From Octopus sinensis (taxonomy: Eukaryota), in contig NC_042999.1 in the NCBI RefSeq assembly GCF_006345805.1, positions 162,998,001 through 163,062,000 on the forward strand: DNA of 64,000 nucleotides. Direction: 5' to 3'. Position 1 is the first letter of the stretch; every line of letters begins with the position of its first letter. Under the pieces are notes generated by a model, which saw only the letters and a program-made list of their open reading frames with translations, made no database searches and was not told the DNA's origin. Of the stretch, positions 61,801-64,000 are shown one piece after another. Made by a program: the position numbers and the translations under genes.

Positions 61801-63115
61801 TTTCTTCATTGTATGTAATCTCTATTTCCTTACATGAAGGAATCTGCTTCACTTTTTATGGGTCTATATATTTATTTACCTAATTCTATTCTCTTCAATA
61901 ATATGAGAATTTTATATTACAGCAGAACCTCACAGTACGTGTGCACCATTGTATGGGTAATTGGCTGTACGAGCCGAGGCTTGTGTGAATATTTGTTTTG
62001 AAGTACAAATGGAAATCTGCAGCAATAGACTCAAAATCCCACCAAAAATTTTTCTTCCTGAAGTCTTAATGCAAGGAGATTCTCTTTCCAAACAGTAATC
62101 CTCATCTTCCTTGCACACATACCGTCCCATCTTTCAGGTAATTCAGTTAATAAAACCAGTTTACATATTTCTTTTGCATTCTCTTTTTTATAATTGTCAT
62201 TTGACTTGTAACTACACCTTTTCTGTTTTAAAACCTATGAAAATTATTTTGGGGTGGTTGGGGGGGGGGGACTAGAATGGATTAATTAGATTCCAGTTAA
62301 TTTCAATGGGGAAAACTGGTTTGTAAAATGAGTAAATCGTAAAACGAGCTCGGAGCGAATTAAACTCGTACTGCAAGGTATCACTGTAACTTTGTTTGTG
62401 ATCAATCTTTTTAATTTCTCTTGAATCAAGGCATATATATTCTAGCAACATTAATTATACAATGAAAGATTGCTGCCTATATTACCTAATCATTTCAAAT
62501 TACTAAGCTTCATGTTTGATATTACAACTAATACTTGTTATTTAGATAATTAACCTACTGATACACTGTTGCTATCATTGTCATTGTCATTACAGTAGGG
62601 GAATTTGTCAGGGAGACAATTTATATATCTATAGAATTTTGTTCAATTGACTCTGCTTCCAAGATTTATTTCTATAAGTATCAATAACATTGGAAAAGTA
62701 GTATAGATATGGCCTTTGAAATTTTACTTGGGTTTAATTTACTCTTTTAGTTACCTGTCTGTTGAGCTGTAGAGATAGTGCCCAGCAGCAATAACATCTC
62801 ATAGCAGTAAAACCACAAACCTGTTCAGGTTAAGCTAATGAAGCAAAAGGGAAAACTGTATTGTACACACACAAACAAACTTGTGACTAAATATAAACAT
62901 ACAGGTATGAATATTAAAATTCTTGAGTTGTAACTTTTCCAAAATCAACATGTATTATTTTAAATGGTTTTCATAAAATTCCTAAAATTGAAAAAGAAAA
63001 AAAAATTTTTTTAATTATAAAGAAAGGAATGAAACAGCAGCAACATACCATGACGAGATTTCTTGCTGATTACAATGTTGGAAATGCTATGTCCACCAAT
63101 GAACTCTTTTACTTC
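999..63115 (-). CDS. RAVER1/RAVER2: Raver1/Raver2-like (ribonucleoprotein PTB-binding) gene, partial; 9 coding exons span the window
   Basis: Nine GT-AG exons with compatible phases (0-1,1-1,1-0,0-0,0-1,1-1,1-0,0-0,0-0) give a 711-codon frame without stops. It has three tandem RRMs, then [22 protein letters not shown] and SLLGSPP, resembling vertebrate Raver GLLPEP, GLLGAPP, LQLALQTQGQ and SLLGEPP (recalled, not aligned by tool). Paralog 1 versus 2 cannot be resolved. Confidence 0.88.
3739..3800. repeat. (GA)31 microsatellite
   Basis: Perfect dinucleotide run. Confidence 0.97.
7338..7391 (-). CDS. RAVER1/RAVER2: Raver-like small exon ([18 protein letters not shown])
   Basis: Strong acceptor ctttctgtctttctcttag, donor CAG|gtaaat. 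54 nt, phase 0-0. Confidence 0.78.
9091..9153 (-). CDS. Candidate in-frame cassette exon ([21 protein letters not shown])
   Basis: Acceptor tttccctggcttcacag, weak donor GAG|gtatcc. 63 nt, phase 0-0, no stop. No homology support seen. Confidence 0.4.
9221..9635 (+). mobile_element. tRNA-derived SINE (family A) with internal (TA)n(TG)n and gagtaaa-type tail
   Basis: Near-identical copies at 21530, 28147, 31120 and 55769. Head gagtggctg...ggttccggattcagtccc. Confidence 0.88.
11135..11330 (+). mobile_element. Diverged family D SINE
   Basis: ttagcacactaggcaaaatgcttagc...ttctgagttcaaattcc...tttcatcctcttggggttgataaaataagta matches the 590-820 copy. Confidence 0.7.
12150..12320 (-). mobile_element. 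Diverged family D SINE
   Basis: accgaccccagtacttgactggtac...gttgacctcggtggaat...ctaacaattctgccaa. Confidence 0.6.
14202..14314 (-). CDS. RAVER1/RAVER2: Raver-like exon with PRI-type motif ([38 protein letters not shown])
   Basis: Acceptor gagttacag, donor TTA|gtaagt. 113 nt, phase 1-0. The ORF track shows a different frame here. Confidence 0.88.
14555..15110. mobile_element. Unclassified ~555-bp element flanked on both sides by (TAA)n/(TGA)n
   Basis: Higher-GC block with sharp boundaries inside a TAA microsatellite. No ORF recognised and only one copy in the window. Confidence 0.45.
15350..15645 (-). mobile_element. Family C-related tRNA SINE, partial
   Basis: ctaaccactgggccattgcacctcc head and cggagcctcgtggagctttaggtgtttt body shared with 20808-21193. 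Confidence 0.7.
15655..15950 (+). mobile_element. 3' fragment of an RLE-type (R4/Dong-like) non-LTR retrotransposon
   Basis: [30 protein letters not shown] resembles the C-terminal restriction-like endonuclease region of site-specific LINEs. Frameshifted downstream. Confidence 0.65.
15951..16306 (+). mobile_element. Diverged family A SINE
   Basis: ggtgtggctgtgtagtaagaagcttgc...cccagcatggc...gactgaaacaag. Confidence 0.75.
16705..16925. mobile_element. piggyBac-like MITE
   Basis: TTAA on both sides (16701-16704, 16926-16929) and 12-bp TIR ccctttcgttac/gtaacgaaaggg. Confidence 0.8.
17290..17490 (-). mobile_element. Diverged family B RTE 3' end
   Basis: catcattatttaacgtccattttccatgctggcat...ggctggatgcacttcctaatgccaacc. 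Confidence 0.7.
18779..18998. mobile_element. piggyBac-like MITE abutting an inverted, more diverged copy at ~18569-18778
   Basis: TTAA at 18775-18778 and 18999-19002, with ccctttagt/actaaaggg termini. The left neighbour is the reverse complement of its body. Confidence 0.75.
19099..19179 (-). CDS. RAVER1/RAVER2: Raver-like exon ([27 protein letters not shown]+G)
   Basis: Strong acceptor tttctttttcttttag, donor CAG|gtattt. 81 nt, phase 1-1, links the flanking exons in frame. Confidence 0.82.
20264..20493 (-). mobile_element. Family B RTE 3' end
   Basis: (CAT)n tail at left and the conserved family body. Confidence 0.85.
20808..21193 (-). mobile_element. tRNA-derived SINE (family C), full length
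   Basis: Reverse complement of 22347-22735 with few differences. Confidence 0.88.
21453..22075. mobile_element. Tigger/pogo-like MITE interrupted by a family A SINE (21530-21942, minus)
   Basis: TA at both ends and TIR cagtaatccctcg/cgagggattactg. Confidence 0.78.
22347..22735 (+). mobile_element. tRNA-derived SINE (family C), full length, 12-bp TSD
   Basis: TSD actacagagatt at 22335-22346 and 22736-22747. A box tggcccagtgg and B box gtttcgattcc. Confidence 0.9.
25721..27180. mobile_element. Fold-back (long inverted repeat) element with ~315-bp arms; right arm split by a mariner insertion
   Basis: 25721-26040 is about 90% identical by eye to the reverse complement of 26131-26225 joined to 26957-27180. 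Confidence 0.8.
26226..26956 (+). mobile_element. Internally deleted Tc1/mariner element (731 bp) with TA TSD
   Basis: TA|cagggtgattggaaagtaactccct ... gggagttacttttcaatcaccctg|TA. Decayed transposase pieces [13 protein letters not shown]..., [13 protein letters not shown] and [21 protein letters not shown]. Confidence 0.9.
27181..27780 (-). mobile_element. Family B RTE 3' UTR, long copy reaching the ORF end
   Basis: (CAT)n tail, internal gtgccacc/ggcac subrepeats, and ggcaagcacaagtgagaccataacc resembling an RTE ORF terminus. This links family B to an RTE LINE. Confidence 0.75.
27927..28146. repeat. Compound (TG)n/(TA)n microsatellite
   Basis: Alternating TG and TA blocks; source of the spurious YI/CV/HT ORFs. 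Confidence 0.95.
28147..28573 (+). mobile_element. Family A SINE with expanded internal (TA)n
   Basis: Matches the other family A copies. Confidence 0.88.
28677..28878 (-). mobile_element. Family B RTE 3' end carrying an extra 46-bp flank and a second (CAT)n tail
   Basis: 28631-28676 is identical to 20218-20263; second tail at 28618-28630. Confidence 0.8.
30066..30682 (+). mobile_element. 5'-truncated CR1/L2-like LINE (post-RT C-terminal region plus 3' UTR and (ATT)n tail)
   Basis: [20 protein letters not shown]...[13 protein letters not shown]...[10 protein letters not shown]...TRGHAYK...[14 protein letters not shown] is typical of CR1-group ORF2 ends. Open for 170 aa. Confidence 0.85.
30794..31028. 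mobile_element. Diverged Tc1/mariner-type MITE
   Basis: Imperfect TIR cagagtggctcagaagtaggttta / taaacctacttttggaccaccctg, with TA at the left end. Confidence 0.6.
31120..31517 (+). mobile_element. Family A SINE
   Basis: Matches the other family A copies. Confidence 0.88.
31613..31652. repeat. (GA)20 microsatellite
   Basis: Perfect run. Confidence 0.95.
32750..32945 (-). mobile_element. Family A SINE, diverged 5' half
   Basis: ccaaattcactcacaaggcattg...agaagacacttacccagggtgctgtgcagtgggactgaacc. Confidence 0.65.
33575..34820 (+). mobile_element. Helitron remnant (5' subrepeat region plus decayed N-terminal Rep/Hel region)
   Basis: Translation [31 protein letters not shown]...[20 protein letters not shown]...[12 protein letters not shown] resembles the conserved CxxC..CC..GKV and IRxYN..FQMTSF, GQVYHRIGSLLP blocks of Helitron RepHel. 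Stops and a frameshift are present. The 5' boundary is approximate. Confidence 0.78.
35636..35995. mobile_element. Two diverged family B copies, tail to tail (35636-35797 plus; 35840-35995 minus)
   Basis: gttaaatggtgatgatgac tail, then catcattatttaaagttcgttttccatgc. Confidence 0.65.
36058..36443 (-). mobile_element. Decayed RTE-clade ORF C-terminal fragment
   Basis: [23 protein letters not shown]...[17 protein letters not shown] resembles the RTE post-RT region. Confidence 0.7.
36649..37020 (-). mobile_element. Tc1/mariner transposase C-terminal remnant
   Basis: [12 protein letters not shown]...[24 protein letters not shown] (WPPNSPDLNP motif), [13 protein letters not shown]. Confidence 0.8.
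38601..38739 (-). CDS. RAVER1/RAVER2: Raver-like exon ([46 protein letters not shown])
   Basis: Acceptor gtttggacttcag, donor T|gtaagt. 139 nt, phase 0-1. GLLPDP motif. Confidence 0.88.
39576..39775 (+). mobile_element. Family D SINE
   Basis: aaggccatgagctggcagaaatgttagcacgcc...gtcgtctttgcctttcatcc...aaattagtaccag. Confidence 0.78.
43740..44240. repeat. AG-rich low-complexity block including (GA)19 at 43927-43964
   Basis: Directly visible; source of ERER/SLSL ORFs. Confidence 0.9.
45134..45547 (+). mobile_element. RTE-BovB-like LINE 3' end with C-terminal Zn knuckle
   Basis: [18 protein letters not shown]...WRRTV...[23 protein letters not shown], then ccattgtctcccgagacaaaaaggatgccaacc. Confidence 0.85.
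47801..47983 (-). CDS. RAVER1/RAVER2: Raver-like exon, RRM3 end ([23 protein letters not shown]...[23 protein letters not shown])
   Basis: Acceptor ttattttccag, donor AAG|gtattt. 183 nt, phase 0-0. VSFCIPG matches the Raver VSFCAPG motif. Confidence 0.93.
50080..50225 (-). mobile_element. Diverged family D SINE
   Basis: aggcacaaaactgaatatttcgggg...actggtacttatttt...gttggcctcagtgggatttgaactca. Confidence 0.6.
50480..50714 (+). mobile_element. Family B RTE 3' end
   Basis: Conserved body with a (GAT)n tail. Confidence 0.85.
53245..53420 (-). mobile_element. Decayed RTE ORF end
   Basis: [22 protein letters not shown]...TVLQKTGQA on the minus strand. Confidence 0.6.
53903..54156 (-). CDS. RAVER1/RAVER2: Raver-like exon, RRM2 end and RRM3 start ([11 protein letters not shown]...[14 protein letters not shown]...APIYCQ)
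   Basis: Poly-T acceptor ttttctaattttag, donor CAG|gtacga. 254 nt, phase 1-0; inside ORF 53756..54199. Confidence 0.93.
54486..54670 (-). mobile_element. Diverged family B copy
   Basis: catcatcattatcatcatcgc...ggttagatgcccttcttaatgccaacc. Confidence 0.55.
55440..55661 (-). CDS. RAVER1/RAVER2: Raver-like exon, RRM1 end and RRM2 start ([45 protein letters not shown]...FLMRCEETG)
   Basis: Acceptor gtctttacag, donor G|gtgcgt. 222 nt, phase 1-1; overlaps ORF 55405..55647. Confidence 0.92.
55769..56166 (+). mobile_element. Family A SINE
   Basis: Matches the other copies; lies ~105 nt from the acceptor of the 55661 exon. Confidence 0.88.
56367..57330 (+). mobile_element. RTE-clade LINE fragment (linker plus RT N-terminal domains), decayed
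   Basis: [15 protein letters not shown]...[16 protein letters not shown]...IPNDW..S.IV...NYRSIKLL...[24 protein letters not shown]...[17 protein letters not shown]. Stops and a frameshift are present. Confidence 0.9.
57265..57828 (+). repeat. Local tandem duplication (period 332 bp; second copy shorter) spanning the RTE breakpoint
   Basis: taga(t/c)gagt(a/g)attaatgagagctatacaag...gtacatacata occurs at 57265 and at 57597. Confidence 0.85.
57829..58746. mobile_element. Divergent inverted pair of family B RTE 3' ends (57829-58175 minus; 58208-58746 plus)
   Basis: (CAT)n at the left end, (GAT)n at the right end, and an AT-rich ~30-bp spacer. Confidence 0.88.
58221..58588 (+). repeat. Minisatellite of five ~67-bp units plus a partial unit inside the RTE 3' UTR
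   Basis: tggcttctgtgccggtggcac starts at 58221, 58288, 58355, 58422, 58488 and 58556. Confidence 0.9.
58838..61756 (+). mobile_element. RTE-BovB-like LINE: 5' UTR, APE endonuclease, RT core deleted, 3' truncated; inactive
   Basis: [10 protein letters not shown]...[18 protein letters not shown]...GVGFAI...RLMAMRI...LISAYA...[10 protein letters not shown]...HWHLID...WTDH, then NHRGISLL joined directly to [16 protein letters not shown] at ~61114. Multiple frameshifts. Confidence 0.92.
61920..62386. mobile_element. Tigger/pogo-like non-autonomous DNA element, diverged
   Basis: TA|cagcagaacctcacagtacg ... cgtactgcaaggtatcactg|TA imperfect TIRs. Confidence 0.55.
63049..63115 (-). CDS. RAVER1/RAVER2: Raver-like exon, RRM1 middle ([22 protein letters not shown]+G)
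   Basis: Acceptor tttctcactttcag, donor G|gtatgt. 67 nt, the same 22-codon+1 layout I recall for the equivalent vertebrate Raver1 exon. Confidence 0.85.
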
Positions 63116-63717
63116 CTGAAAGTGAGAAATAGAGTAAGCAGAGAAAGAACATGAAGCAGCTTAAACACAAATTTGACAAAATGATAATACAAAAAACATT
63201 TTCTAAATCATTGTAACAGCAAATGCTCTAAAGAAAGAAACATCGTCCACTAGTAAGATATATTTTGCCTTATATGGCTCACTTGAGTAATACAAGTTAA
63301 AATATAAAATATTACAAGAACTGTTAAGATTATAATAATTGTTATAATAGGGGCATAGTTATGGTAGTTCACTTCCCAACCACATAGTTCCAGGTACAGT
63401 CCTACTGCACAGCACCTTAGATAAGTGTCCTCTACTATAAACCTGGGCTAACCAAACTGCATTAATTTGGTGGAAAAAACCCAAAAGAGGCTTATCATTT
63501 GTGTGTATGTGTTGCTTACATTTGCAACACAGTGACAACTGTGTTCAGCTTTATTTTCTAACCATTTGTTGTGTTTTTGAAGTTTTTCTTGCAACTTCTT
63601 TGTAAGTAACAAGGTAGACTTTTGATTTCTACACATTCGGTCAATGATATTTCTGACTGATAGTATCAGAATTTTAATCATATCAAATTGTGTTAATGAT
63701 ACAAGTTTTGGTATTTC

Positions 63718-64000
63718 ATCATCATTGTTTAACGTCTGCTTTTCATGCTGGCATGAGTTGGACAATTTGACTAAGGACTGGTGAGCCAGATGGCTGCACC
63801 AGGCTCCAATCTGATCTGGCAGAGTTTCTACAGCTGGATGCCCTTCCTAATGCCAACCACTTCGAGAGTATAGTGGGTGCTTTAACGTGCCACCAGCACA
63901 AAGGTCAGTCAGGCGGTACTGGCAACAGCTACACTCAAATGGTGTTTTTTATGTGCCACCTGCACAGGAGCCAGTCCAGGGACACTGGCAACGACCTCAC
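63718..64000 (-). mobile_element. Family B RTE 3' end running off the window
   Basis: catcatcattgtttaacgtctgcttttcatgctggcatg... Confidence 0.82.

Overview
This is eukaryotic, AT-rich, repeat-dense genomic DNA. The SINE, RTE and microsatellite families look like octopus (coleoid cephalopod), which is an inference from repeat appearance. The whole window lies inside one minus-strand, intron-rich gene for a Raver1/Raver2-like protein (ribonucleoprotein PTB-binding). Nine GT-AG exons (63115-63049, 55661-55440, 54156-53903, 47983-47801, 38739-38601, 19179-19099, 14314-14202, 7391-7338, 2018-999) join by hand into one open frame of 2133 nt (711 codons). That frame encodes three RRMs, PTB-interacting (PRI-like) motifs and a long Q/N/S/Y-rich low-complexity tail. 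The first exon lies beyond the right edge, and the true last exon probably lies beyond the left edge. The introns hold three tRNA-derived SINE families, many 3' ends of an RTE LINE with (GAT)n tails, decayed RTE, CR1/L2-like and RLE-type LINE pieces, Tc1/mariner, Tigger-like and piggyBac-like DNA elements, a Helitron remnant and long microsatellites. Almost all short ORFs in the supplied track are repeat-derived or spurious. I found no convincing new multi-gene system. The best leads are a probable RTE 3' transduction, a fold-back element interrupted by a mariner, several inverted-repeat (dsRNA/ADAR) structures near exons, candidate cassette and poison splicing events, and unusual features of the Raver protein. 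All alignments were done by eye, and repeat boundaries are approximate unless a TSD or TIR is quoted.
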